DNA of 64,000 bases from a virus, in the IMG/VR virus record IMGVR_UViG_3300025897_000012, positions 15,755-79,754 of that record. The stretch is one strand, 5' to 3'. The position numbers and the translations under genes are program-made. Under the pieces are notes generated by a model. It was not told where the DNA came from and did no database searches. It saw nothing but the letters and a program-made list of their open reading frames with translations. This document shows positions 1 to 9,568 of the stretch, in pieces (within the stretch, counting starts at the first letter, position 1; each line of letters begins with the position of its first letter).

Positions 1-499
1 ATATTTCACGTAACCCCCACCCGTAACTTCCAAAAAATCGTGTGTCATTTAAAATTATATAATCAGGTTTAAATTTTTTGTACTCAGTTAAAGGATCAAC
101 TAAATCAGTTAACGTATCTGCAGGGCTAATATTTAAATAAGAAGCATTTAATTTTTTTGCTACAATATAAGGAAAACTATCCTCAACGTTAATACCTGTT
201 CCTAACAACAAACTTCCGCCGGCGAATATTATTTTTGTACTAGCAGTATAGTCTATTTCTGGACCTCTTAATCCTAAGCTATTCCAAATATACTTTATAT
301 CACTCTTAGGTAATTCAGTTTGTACAATATGATGAGTAAAAGGATCTCTGCCATTACCACCAACTAAAGGCTTACTATTTTCTTTACTATCTTTACCGTG
401 CCATAAATCTATTGTATTAGGAGTATTAAACAATTTTTTATGAAATTTAGGTTTCTGCGTAGTAGTTGGATTTGTTAAAGGAGCAATAATCTCAGACAT
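1..499 (-). CDS. SGNH/GDSL hydrolase-like protein (3'-truncated by window edge)
   Basis: Not in the ORF track. Manual translation from ATG at 499 (overlapping the upstream stop) gives MSEIIAPL...WNSLGLRGPEIDY...IIFAGGSLLLGTGINVEDSFPYIVAKKLNASYLNIS, which resembles the NSxGxR / GxS block I of SGNH-like proteins. Open to position 1. Confidence 0.55.
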   Translation of the reverse strand, partial: MSEIIAPLTNPTTTQKPKFHKKLFNTPNTIDLWHGKDSKENSKPLVGGNGRDPFTHHIVQTELPKSDIKYIWNSLGLRGPEIDYTASTKIIFAGGSLLLGTGINVEDSFPYIVAKKLNASYLNISPADTLTDLVDPLTEYKKFKPDYIILNDTRFFGSYGWGLREI

Positions 500-1460
500 T
501 TATAATATGGTCCTTTGTACCATTGTTCATTAAATCTGTAAACTTGTCATTTATAAATCCTGTAGCTTGTAACGTAATACGTGGCGTATAACCCATATTA
601 GATGCAGCATGAGGCATATTACACCAGTCATATACTACACATTCTCCTGCGTCATACCCTTGGTAATATGTATTTCCAAACTGCCATACATGACCGTAGT
701 CCCACGGAGTTAAAGCTATTAGTATTCTACGTAACATTAAAGGATTCTTATCTGCGCCAGCATTGGTCCATCTTTCTCTCCATTCTGGCCTAGCATATCT
801 CATCTGCTGATCAATATGAAAAGGTGTAACTTCTCCTAATCTTTGTATATGAACTCTTGATTGATGTACATCATACATTCCAATTTCTTCAAGCATTCTA
901 AAAAATACAGCAGTATCAGGATGTGTATCTCTCTTTTCAATATTAGCAATTTGATGGTGGTACATACAAGATACATCATCTTTTCCGGATGCACGTTGTA
1001 TGTCCATTAGCTCACCATCATGTAAATCTTTATCTTGTTGACTTGAATTGCGAGGTCTATAATTTCCTATTGTATGCTCTTTACATTTTCTAAGAGCTCG
1101 TTGCACTCCTGCCTCCCAGTCGCCTTTAAATTTACACATTACTGTAAAAGTCTTTTCTTGCGGGTCAGCTTTTGGGTCAAAATGCCAAGTTGATCTTAAT
1201 TTATTATGATACCATCTACTAGGTATACCATCAACTGTATATACGTTCATATTTGATTTTTTATGACGTTCTAATTGTTCGTTTGAGTGAATTTCATCTT
1301 GATAATTGCTATCAGTAATGTTTACGCCTTCCTCCAATGGAGGAACTGTATCTGGAATTAGATCTTTTACTAAGTCTCCTGAATAATAATTTACATTCTT
1401 ATCATCGCCTTCAACAGATTTCTTAAGATTTTTATTTGCTTCGTTTGCGTAATTTTTCAT
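492..1460 (-). CDS. 2OG-Fe(II)/cupin-fold hydroxylase (Asp/Asn beta-hydroxylase-like)
   Basis: HxD (FHID), distal His (MPHAASN) and Arg (PRITLQ) facial-triad pattern. Paralog of 5582..6298. Confidence 0.7.
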   Translation of the reverse strand: MKNYANEANKNLKKSVEGDDKNVNYYSGDLVKDLIPDTVPPLEEGVNITDSNYQDEIHSNEQLERHKKSNMNVYTVDGIPSRWYHNKLRSTWHFDPKADPQEKTFTVMCKFKGDWEAGVQRALRKCKEHTIGNYRPRNSSQQDKDLHDGELMDIQRASGKDDVSCMYHHQIANIEKRDTHPDTAVFFRMLEEIGMYDVHQSRVHIQRLGEVTPFHIDQQMRYARPEWRERWTNAGADKNPLMLRRILIALTPWDYGHVWQFGNTYYQGYDAGECVVYDWCNMPHAASNMGYTPRITLQATGFINDKFTDLMNNGTKDHIINV

Positions 1461-1468
1461 TATTGATC

Positions 1469-2176
1469 CTAAAAGTTATATTCACAAATATTAATATCAA
1501 GTACGTATCTTCCGTTAAAATTATTAACCTCTTTTGGTTGACTCTTTTCTAAAGAAGAAATGTAGAAATCTAAAAAGTCGTATTCTTCTTTAGACTCTAG
1601 TCCCCAACGATCTTTAAAATAATGCCTATCACAGACACTTAGTTTTAATCTATTATCGCCTACAAAGTTATTTGCTGCTGCTACTTCTTCATGTATTTTT
1701 TCTTTAAGTAAATCGTAATTTTTATAATATGTATGGTAATCAGGGTAATCTATAGATTCAAAGCCGCCTGCACCTTTCCATCCTCTAAAATTTTTAACTT
1801 CTGTTCGTAACACTAAAAATATTTTTGCTAATGGAAAAGTTTCTCTAATATAATCGAGTTGCAAACTAAAATGATGACTTTTAACAATCCTATACTTATC
1901 CCAAGATTTATCAGTATAAGCAGCATCTATTTCTGAAATTATTTCTTCTTTAGACAACGTATCTAATTGATCAAACTTCTTACCATGCTCGTTACCTGGA
2001 CCCCAGTACGCTCCTAAATGTTGTACAGGTGATCTTGTGTGTGTATAAACTCTATCATCCCTATGATCAGATATGTTAATAGGCATTATTTCATTTTTTG
2101 AAATAACATTAGATACTGCACTCCATTTACTTCCTGGGGCGCCTGTAAAGAATATCAGTTTACTTTCGTCGTACAT
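1469..2176 (-). CDS. Sulfotransferase-like P-loop fold protein
   Basis: N-terminal IFFTGAPGSKWS resembles the PAPS-binding loop, followed by IVKSH and FLVLR strands typical of the sulfotransferase fold. Confidence 0.5.
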   Translation of the reverse strand: MYDESKLIFFTGAPGSKWSAVSNVISKNEIMPINISDHRDDRVYTHTRSPVQHLGAYWGPGNEHGKKFDQLDTLSKEEIISEIDAAYTDKSWDKYRIVKSHHFSLQLDYIRETFPLAKIFLVLRTEVKNFRGWKGAGGFESIDYPDYHTYYKNYDLLKEKIHEEVAAANNFVGDNRLKLSVCDRHYFKDRWGLESKEEYDFLDFYISSLEKSQPKEVNNFNGRYVLDINICEYNF

Positions 2177-2200
2177 TAATTTTTTTTCCTATACTAATAT

Positions 2201-2941
2201 TTATTCTGGCTTGTAAAACTCAAAATATAATCTGTCACCGTTGTCTTGCTTAAATTTTTCTAATTCAAGATTGTGTGTTTTTGCTTGTTCATACGCTACT
2301 TCAAATGTCCAAGGAAATATATCAACATAAGGACCTTTAGGCCACAAATGTCCTGGATTAGCTCTAAAATACATTCTGCCTCCTGGCATTAGTATTTCAA
2401 CTAGTTTTGCAAACCTTTTATCAATGTCATTTCTATCGCCAAAGTTAAGGCTACCAAATACAATAATATGATCATAACTTTTAGGCTCTACAGCAAAATC
2501 TAATATATCAACCATGTAGTCTGCACTATTGTTAAAAGGGTCAATACCAATAAGATTGTTTATTCTACTCTTAAAAGGATTATAACCGCATCCAAAGTCT
2601 AGTACTGCTTTCGGATTTGCATTGTTGATGGCGTCAACTAAAGCCCATCCGCTGTATTGATATATCTCGGTTTTAGGTTGCCAAATCTCCCCAAAGAACC
2701 TATGCATATATTTTTTGTCAAGATCAGCTACAAGTTCTTTAACTGTCACATCAACGCTGTCTATGTCAAGTTGTAACTTAGATGTAATACTGTCTTTAAA
2801 CTTGCGTAGTCTAGCTGGTGACCAAGGTAACGAACCTATGTGTGTATTTTCTGTAATCTGTTCATTAATATTGTCATATTTAGGTAAATTGAAGGAGTTC
2901 TTTAAATTTTCGTCTATTAAACTAAAAATTCGAGTGTTCAT
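2201..2941 (-). CDS. Class I SAM-dependent methyltransferase with small N-terminal helical domain
   Basis: VLDFGCG motif I, IGID, YDHIIVFGSLNF, LMPGG. Confidence 0.8.
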   Translation of the reverse strand: MNTRIFSLIDENLKNSFNLPKYDNINEQITENTHIGSLPWSPARLRKFKDSITSKLQLDIDSVDVTVKELVADLDKKYMHRFFGEIWQPKTEIYQYSGWALVDAINNANPKAVLDFGCGYNPFKSRINNLIGIDPFNNSADYMVDILDFAVEPKSYDHIIVFGSLNFGDRNDIDKRFAKLVEILMPGGRMYFRANPGHLWPKGPYVDIFPWTFEVAYEQAKTHNLELEKFKQDNGDRLYFEFYKPE

Positions 2942-3066
2942 AAAAAATTTCTCCTTTTTGCTAAATAAATGTATACAAAGATAAAAAAAGACTCACTTTT
3001 AAAAATTTTTTTATCCGTTTCATATAATTACTTATATAAGATGTAAATTAAAAGGTTAAGGTCTGA

Positions 3067-4506
3067 ATGGAAGAAATTTTAGCATTACTAGCAGGAACAC
3101 TATATGGACTAATTATAGGTATTATTCCTGGTGCAGGTGCAACTACAGGCCTCATTTTTATATTTTCTTTTATTACATTATTTCCAGATCCGTACTTAGG
3201 AGTTATATTTTGCATGGCAGTAGTGGCAGCAAGCACAACAGGTGATACTTATACCGGAGTATTGTTAGGTATTCCTGGGGCAAATAGTGCCGCTGCAACT
3301 ATGGTTGACGGCTTTCCGTTAGCACTACAAGGCAAGGCTACCTATGCAATATCTGCCGCGGTAACCACAAGTACAATAAACGGACTACTTTGGGGTGCTT
3401 TAGTATTCTTTTTACTTCCTTACTATACAAGCCTTATAATGGTATTTGGAGTGCCTGAACTATGGGCGTTCACTTGTTTAGCATTAGTAACCGTAACATT
3501 TATTACAAACAAGTGGTGGGTGAGAGGTGTTATAGCACTTGCTGTAGGAATTTTTATTGGTATGATCGGTGTTGATCCTAACACTAACGCAGATAGGTTT
3601 ACTGGAGGGATTGAATACTTAGGTGCAGGAGTACAACTATTACCATTAGTAGCAGGATTGTTTGCAATACCAGAACTTTTAGACGGATTAAAAAATAGAA
3701 AAAATACTGCTACTGTTTCTCTTTCTAATGGGGAACAAACAAAACAAGGATTTAAAGCAGTTTGGCAAAATAAATGGCTAGCCCTTAGAGGTGGTGCAAT
3801 AGGAGCATTTATAGGAATTCTACCTGGCTTAGGTGGTGCAATGGCAGATTGGATGGCTTATGGGCAAGCTGTCGCAACAACTAAAAATCCAGATGTACCA
3901 TTTGGAAAAGGAAACATTAGAGGTGTAATTGGACCAGAAGGTGCTAACAATGCTCAAAAAGCTACAAGTATGATTCCTACTGTACTTTTTGGAATACCCG
4001 GAGCACCATTCGCAGCAATACTAATTGGATTATTCATGTATTTGGATTTTGAATTAGGTACTGTAGACCTTGCTAATGACCCTAAGTTCTTTGACAGTAT
4101 GTTGTACGGGTTTATGCTTGCAACTGTGCTTGTAGGCGCTCTATGCTTGCTTACGACACCTATTATAGCACGTATAGCACAAATACCCTACAAATATTAC
4201 TTTCCGCTACTATTAGGTTTTATAACACTCGCATGTGTACAATACACAGGTGGTTGGGAAGATTACGCTATTTTGGCAGTATGCTCAGTAATTGGAGTAC
4301 TTGCCAAAAATTACAAATTTAGTAGACCAGCTCTACTATTTGGGTTCATTCTATCAGATAGAATTGAACAACTTACATTACAATTATCAAGTTTGTATAG
4401 TCTAGATAGACTTATTGATAGACCAATATTCATTGGACTTATCTTGCTAATTTGTGTTGTACTAATTTGGGGACTTACCCAAAGAAATAAACTAGAATAT
4501 GCATAA
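3067..4506 (+). CDS. tctA: Tripartite tricarboxylate transporter large permease subunit
   Basis: 479-aa hydrophobic protein with the duplicated TctA motifs GIIPGAG/GILPGLG, LLGIPG/LFGIPG, DGFPLA and GPEGANNA. Confidence 0.93.
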   Translation: MEEILALLAGTLYGLIIGIIPGAGATTGLIFIFSFITLFPDPYLGVIFCMAVVAASTTGDTYTGVLLGIPGANSAAATMVDGFPLALQGKATYAISAAVTTSTINGLLWGALVFFLLPYYTSLIMVFGVPELWAFTCLALVTVTFITNKWWVRGVIALAVGIFIGMIGVDPNTNADRFTGGIEYLGAGVQLLPLVAGLFAIPELLDGLKNRKNTATVSLSNGEQTKQGFKAVWQNKWLALRGGAIGAFIGILPGLGGAMADWMAYGQAVATTKNPDVPFGKGNIRGVIGPEGANNAQKATSMIPTVLFGIPGAPFAAILIGLFMYLDFELGTVDLANDPKFFDSMLYGFMLATVLVGALCLLTTPIIARIAQIPYKYYFPLLLGFITLACVQYTGGWEDYAILAVCSVIGVLAKNYKFSRPALLFGFILSDRIEQLTLQLSSLYSLDRLIDRPIFIGLILLICVVLIWGLTQRNKLEYA

Positions 4507-4524
4507 CAAAGGAGAAAAAATATT

Positions 4525-5571
4525 ATGAAAAAGTTTATTACATCAGTGCTTTTAGCACTTACTTTATCAACGCCGGCATTCGCTGATTACACGTTTGTGG
4601 TTCCTCAAAAGCCAGGAGCAGGTACATCACAATGGGCTGAGATTATCGCTAAAGAACTAGAACCGTTCTTAGGTGAAAAAATTGTTATTAAATTTATTCC
4701 AGGAGCAAGAGATATTCCTGGGTTCAATAAATGGCATAACACAATGCGTGACAACGACAAGGCTGTAATGGTATCACACGGCGGAAATGGTGTAAGTTTT
4801 CTACAAGAAGAAGTAGACTATGACTACAGGCAATATGATAGTGTAGGATTAATGAATCTTAACATTATTGCTGGTAAAGCATCAGGTGCTGATATGAACA
4901 AGCCAAGTTTTGCAGCAGGTTCAGGTATGGTTCCTGAAGCATTTGCTTTTACAATGCTTATTTGTGGACCAGACAAAAGTATTGAAGAATATACAGCATG
5001 TTTTAAAGAAAATGTAACATGGGTTAAAGGTATGAGTGGTGCTGAACGTAGACTAGCTTTTAAAAGAGGCGAGTTGACTGGTACTAGAGAAAATCCTGCG
5101 GCTTATAAAAAGCATGTTGCTCCTAATACAAAAGCAGAAATTTGGTTCCATCATGGTATTTTACAAGCAGATGGTTCGCATGCTGATGATCCAAACTATC
5201 CAGGATACCAGTTTGAAACTTTGTTTGAAAAGCGTTGGGGTGTAGCACCAAGTGGTGATATGTACAAGGCTTATAAACTTGTAAAAAGTTTCCGTGATGG
5301 TATGCAAAAAGCTCTATGGGTTAACAAAGGTAATCCTAATAGACAAGCACTAGTAGATGCTTTAACTGCTATGAGTAAGGATAAGTCAGCAATGGCTAAC
5401 ATTCAGAAAAAAGTAGGTAAGTATGATTGGCTTATTGGAGAAGCTGGTAACAATCATAGAGACACACTTATGACTTTTGTTACTACAGATGCTTTAAGTT
5501 CTCTAGTTAAGTTCAATCGTAACGCACTAGGATTAAATAGTGTAGAGAAGATTGAATTAGCATTAAAGTAA
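4525..5571 (+). CDS. tctC: Tripartite tricarboxylate transporter substrate-binding protein (TctC/Bug family)
   Basis: Signal peptide (…TPAFA|DY), FVVPQKPGAGT (VPxxPGGxxD-like), IPGA and AFKRGEL. GGAG RBS; directly follows tctA. Confidence 0.85.
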   Translation: MKKFITSVLLALTLSTPAFADYTFVVPQKPGAGTSQWAEIIAKELEPFLGEKIVIKFIPGARDIPGFNKWHNTMRDNDKAVMVSHGGNGVSFLQEEVDYDYRQYDSVGLMNLNIIAGKASGADMNKPSFAAGSGMVPEAFAFTMLICGPDKSIEEYTACFKENVTWVKGMSGAERRLAFKRGELTGTRENPAAYKKHVAPNTKAEIWFHHGILQADGSHADDPNYPGYQFETLFEKRWGVAPSGDMYKAYKLVKSFRDGMQKALWVNKGNPNRQALVDALTAMSKDKSAMANIQKKVGKYDWLIGEAGNNHRDTLMTFVTTDALSSLVKFNRNALGLNSVEKIELALK

Positions 5572-5581
5572 GGAAGTATAT

Positions 5582-6298
5582 ATGGCGTTTAAATTCAACA
5601 GAAGTAAGATGAAATATTTGACCAACCCTGATGATTATAAAAGTAATTGGGAGTGGACAAAGAGTAACAGTAACTATCATTTTGATAAAAACACAGTTGA
5701 CGGCCTAGGTGAAACATTTCGTGTATGCGGAACATTTCATGGAGACTGGGAAGCTGAGTTACAAGATGTTATAAAAGACAGCAAAGCTGTTACTTGGGCC
5801 ACTAGGGGTAAGAAAGGTGAACGAAAAGACAAGTTTATCAAACAGGAAGAATATGATCTAACTTCTGTTGGCGCTAACGTTAACTTAGAAGTATCTAACT
5901 TTAATAGAAACTGTGAGAAATATACAAAAATAAATGAGATGGCAGAATATTTCCATCTTGAAAATTTTCAAAAAAGAATACATGTGCAAACTACAGGACA
6001 GCTTTGGAATTTGCATATAGATAAATTATACCAATGGAATCCTGAGGACCCATCAAAAGTAATTAGAATTACAATTATGCTAAATGACTGGGAACCAGGA
6101 CAATTTTACATGTACGGCAATCGTATATATGATAGATGGAAAACTGGAGAAATACATATTTTTGATTGGCCAAATACTCCACATTCAACAGCTAATACAA
6201 GCTACGTACCAAGAATAAGTTTACAGTTAACAGGTATTAGAACTGAAGATACTAATAAAATATTAAACGAACGAGATCATTACTATTCTGTGGAATAA
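5582..6298 (+). CDS. 2OG-Fe(II)/cupin-fold hydroxylase
   Basis: LHID…TPHSTAN…PRISLQ; paralog of 492..1460. Confidence 0.7.
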   Translation: MAFKFNRSKMKYLTNPDDYKSNWEWTKSNSNYHFDKNTVDGLGETFRVCGTFHGDWEAELQDVIKDSKAVTWATRGKKGERKDKFIKQEEYDLTSVGANVNLEVSNFNRNCEKYTKINEMAEYFHLENFQKRIHVQTTGQLWNLHIDKLYQWNPEDPSKVIRITIMLNDWEPGQFYMYGNRIYDRWKTGEIHIFDWPNTPHSTANTSYVPRISLQLTGIRTEDTNKILNERDHYYSVE

Positions 6299-6302
6299 AT
6301 GA

Positions 6303-6656
6303 ATGGTAGAATTATTAGTTGCTAACATAGTCTATGTATTATATAGATTACTAGTAACTGCTCATATAGTTAAGTTTTTATACAAGTATATACCTTACGG
6401 GTTTGCTGTTTTAGTATCAGCACAGTTAAGTTTTTTATATGACGGTGGTGTTTTTGCCTACCTATTCCAAGCACAAGCATTACCGGAACTAGCAGAGTTT
6501 ATACAAGCTAACGTATTATATACACTAAGAGTTGGTATAGCGTGGTGGATTATAAAGATACTATGGGACCGGCTAGATAATTACTACCTATCAGTGTTTA
6601 TAGGTGCAGAGCTTACATTTGTAGTAGACTACTTTATTTTTGAGGGAGTGTACTAG
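6303..6656 (+). CDS. Small ~4-TM membrane protein with internal two-fold repeat
   Basis: Hydrophobic. Halves ANIVYVLYRL…SAQLSFLYD and ANVLYTLRV…GAELTFVVD are similar. Confidence 0.6.
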   Translation: MVELLVANIVYVLYRLLVTAHIVKFLYKYIPYGFAVLVSAQLSFLYDGGVFAYLFQAQALPELAEFIQANVLYTLRVGIAWWIIKILWDRLDNYYLSVFIGAELTFVVDYFIFEGVY

Positions 6657-6675
6657 TAGGTAAATATAATAAAGG

Positions 6676-7341
6676 ATGCTATTAATGAATCATGATACAA
6701 TAAAAGAATTTGAAGATTTAAGTAAAGAATATTTTAATGTGCCCGGACATAAAAAATTAAGACAAGGACAGAAAAACAGATTACCAAAATATTCCTTTGT
6801 AGTAGAGAAGTTTAACAAAGAAGATAACATAGTCGATGCAGGTTGCGGTGGCAGTTACTTTAAAGGTATTTTTCCAAATTTAATTGCATTTGATATAGTC
6901 GACTACAATAATCAAGATTACGTTTGTAATATATTAGATGCTCCTATACCAGAAGATAGCCAAGATGGAGTTTTTTGTTTTGGTGTACTACATGAATGTC
7001 CAGATGAATATCATCTACCTAATATAGAAAAAATGTTAACGTGGTTAAAGCCCAACGGACAATTAGTAATGAGATGTAAAGCTAAACTAGTTACAAACAA
7101 ACATCGTAAAGAACGACTATATGAACGTAAGTATAATGAATACTTTGATCAAGGATTATGGAGTAGAGAAAGAATTGATCAATTTACACAACAATTAAAT
7201 TTAAAACTTAATTGGGTTATACATAGAGAAACTCTACGAAAAGATCAACGAACTAATGTTAAAGGGACTAACTTTGATTCATCTCATGACAATGATGTAG
7301 TTTTTAACGGACATATCTGGAGTTGGAGTAAAAATGTTTAA
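6676..7341 (+). CDS. Class I SAM-dependent methyltransferase (copy 1)
   Basis: VDAGCG, IAFD, FCFGVLH, LKPNG. Confidence 0.85.
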   Translation: MLLMNHDTIKEFEDLSKEYFNVPGHKKLRQGQKNRLPKYSFVVEKFNKEDNIVDAGCGGSYFKGIFPNLIAFDIVDYNNQDYVCNILDAPIPEDSQDGVFCFGVLHECPDEYHLPNIEKMLTWLKPNGQLVMRCKAKLVTNKHRKERLYERKYNEYFDQGLWSRERIDQFTQQLNLKLNWVIHRETLRKDQRTNVKGTNFDSSHDNDVVFNGHIWSWSKNV

Positions 7342-7978
7342 AGAATTTGAAGAAATCTCAAGAATATACTTTAGTGCTAATGGCAGTAGGGAATTACGCA
7401 GAGGTTCTAAAATTCATAAAAATACTAGTAATGATTTTTTATATTCTTTACCTAAAAATGCAAATGTTGTTGATGCTGGATGCGGGCCAAATGCGTTTAG
7501 AACTATTTTTCCAAATTTAATTGCTTTTGATATAGTTGATTATGGTAATCAAGATTATGTTTGTAATATATTAGAAGCACCTATACCAGAAAGTAGCCAA
7601 GATGGCGTTTTTTGTTTTGGTGTACTACATGAATGTCCAGATGAATATCATCTACCTAACATAGAAAAAATGCTATCTTGGTTAAAACCAGGTGGTAAAC
7701 TAATAATGCGTTGTAAATCAAAAGAAGTAGTAGATAAACACCCTCGTAACAGTAATGCCGTTGGAGAAATGCATGAATATTTTGATCAGGGATTGTGGCC
7801 AATAGAAAGAGTTAATCAATTCACGCAACAATTAAATTTAACGCTTGATTGGATTGAGCCTAAAATAATAACACGTAAACAACAGTGGAATTCTAATCCT
7901 AAAAAACGTTTTCATTCGTCTCATGACAATGATATAATCTTTGATGGACATATTTGGTGTTGGAGTAAAAATGTTTAG
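7334..7978 (+). CDS. Class I SAM-dependent methyltransferase (copy 2)
   Basis: VDAGCG, IAFD, FCFGVLH, LKPGG; core nearly identical to copy 1. Confidence 0.85.
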   Translation: MFKEFEEISRIYFSANGSRELRRGSKIHKNTSNDFLYSLPKNANVVDAGCGPNAFRTIFPNLIAFDIVDYGNQDYVCNILEAPIPESSQDGVFCFGVLHECPDEYHLPNIEKMLSWLKPGGKLIMRCKSKEVVDKHPRNSNAVGEMHEYFDQGLWPIERVNQFTQQLNLTLDWIEPKIITRKQQWNSNPKKRFHSSHDNDIIFDGHIWCWSKNV

Positions 7979-8216
7979 AAAAATAAAAGAGCATTTAGAA
8001 GAAACTGAATGGAGCTATTGGAAACACTTAACTCATAGTGTTCATCAAAGTAATAAATTAATAGCATGTGCTATTAAGTCTTATATACATGGAATATTTC
8101 CGTGTTGGTTTAAGGCCGATGGGCCTGTAACAGTAGCAAAAATGTATCATCAAATAAACAAAATACATCATGTTCACAAAATGATTAAACAGATGAAAAA
8201 AGACGGAGACATATAA
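7971..8216 (+). CDS. Small protein, DUF6356-like
   Basis: HLEET.WSYWKHL…IHGIFP.WF pattern. Start moved to ATG 7971, which has a GGAG RBS and overlaps the previous stop. Confidence 0.55.
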   Translation: MFRKIKEHLEETEWSYWKHLTHSVHQSNKLIACAIKSYIHGIFPCWFKADGPVTVAKMYHQINKIHHVHKMIKQMKKDGDI

Positions 8217-8800
8217 TGGACACAATGAGCTTACATAGTATACTATGCTCATATGGAGATGTAGTAGAACTTGATTATAAATTTAGTGACGATACAATAA
8301 ATGAACTAAAAAACATACAAGAATGGTTACCTGGACCAAACGGAAAAACTGCTATTAACTTAACTGGTCCTATTGAAGATTTAGGGCTTGATGTATCAGC
8401 AGAGGTTAAACATCAAAGAAATCAACCATATAACGAAAATTTATTAAAATGTCCAACGCTTAAAATATTTTTTGATCAATGGACTGAACTAGCTAGGTGC
8501 AGAGCAGCTACTATGAATAAAGGTAGTTTCTTTAGGTTGCATAGAGATGCATTTAGACTAAATGATCAGTTTAGGATTTTTATACCATTAAATAAAACAA
8601 ACGACGACGAATGGATATTTATATATGACGGAGAAGTTCAAAGATTCAAACAAGGGGTTCCGTATATATTAAATACTAGAAAAACACATGGTAGTTTTGC
8701 TATGGCAGACGGTATATATCACGTACTAATGAGCCTGTTTATAAACGAACAAAATATTAAACAAGTATCTAAGATGCTACCAAACTGTAAAGAACATTGA
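8216..8800 (+). CDS. Aspartyl/asparaginyl beta-hydroxylase-like 2OG-Fe(II) oxygenase
   Basis: LHRD, FRIFIPL, NTRKTHGS. Confidence 0.75.
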   Translation: MDTMSLHSILCSYGDVVELDYKFSDDTINELKNIQEWLPGPNGKTAINLTGPIEDLGLDVSAEVKHQRNQPYNENLLKCPTLKIFFDQWTELARCRAATMNKGSFFRLHRDAFRLNDQFRIFIPLNKTNDDEWIFIYDGEVQRFKQGVPYILNTRKTHGSFAMADGIYHVLMSLFINEQNIKQVSKMLPNCKEH

Positions 8801-8834
8801 TAAATAAGTATAATAGAGTTAACGGAGAAAAAAT

Positions 8835-9566
8835 ATGAATTATTATTTAATTGCTGGTGTAGGCTTTACTGAAATGCGTACTGTCGCAAGCAAATTAATG
8901 GATAAACTAAGTGCGTTACATGGTGCAGATACTGTAATAAGAGCTCCTTTTGGTGCATTAAGATTTTGGAGTCATAATGCAGAACAGCCTAATGATGACT
9001 TTGTATGTATGCCATCCGGCGTCGCCGGGTTAGGTACAGCATACGGTCCTCGAATACAAACCGAAATAACTTCTGATACTCAACACATAGTTATGCATGG
9101 TCCAGGAATTCTTAATAACTTAGAAACTATTACAACGTTTTTAAGTAGTAATAATAGCGAATCACCGACTAAAACTAGAATGACTGTTGGATCAACAGTT
9201 AACACTTACTTAATTAAAACTAATGAAAGTTCATCAGCAATGGCGTTACGTTTGCAAGAAGATTGGGATACAACTGTAGACAATATGCCATATAAAGGAA
9301 CTGGAATTGTAAATCCTACAAATGAAGACATTCAAGCATCAAAAGATGCATACTTTGCATGGTGTGTTAAGCATGCAAATACTGCTGCAAACTTATTTGG
9401 CAGCTACGACGAAGAGGTGTGGAATGCATTAGGTGGCTGGAACGCTGACGGAACACCTTCGCAGGTAGGTGTAGGAATTACTGATGTTACTACTTTTGAA
9501 AGAAAAGACGGTACAACAGCAAACTTCACAAACCATACTCATCAACTTTACATTACACAATACTAA
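8835..9566 (+). CDS. Hypothetical protein (late-promoter driven)
   Basis: 243-aa ORF with GGAG RBS and ATAAATA at 8800-8806. Confidence 0.7.
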   Translation: MNYYLIAGVGFTEMRTVASKLMDKLSALHGADTVIRAPFGALRFWSHNAEQPNDDFVCMPSGVAGLGTAYGPRIQTEITSDTQHIVMHGPGILNNLETITTFLSSNNSESPTKTRMTVGSTVNTYLIKTNESSSAMALRLQEDWDTTVDNMPYKGTGIVNPTNEDIQASKDAYFAWCVKHANTAANLFGSYDEEVWNALGGWNADGTPSQVGVGITDVTTFERKDGTTANFTNHTHQLYITQY

Positions 9567-9568
9567 GT

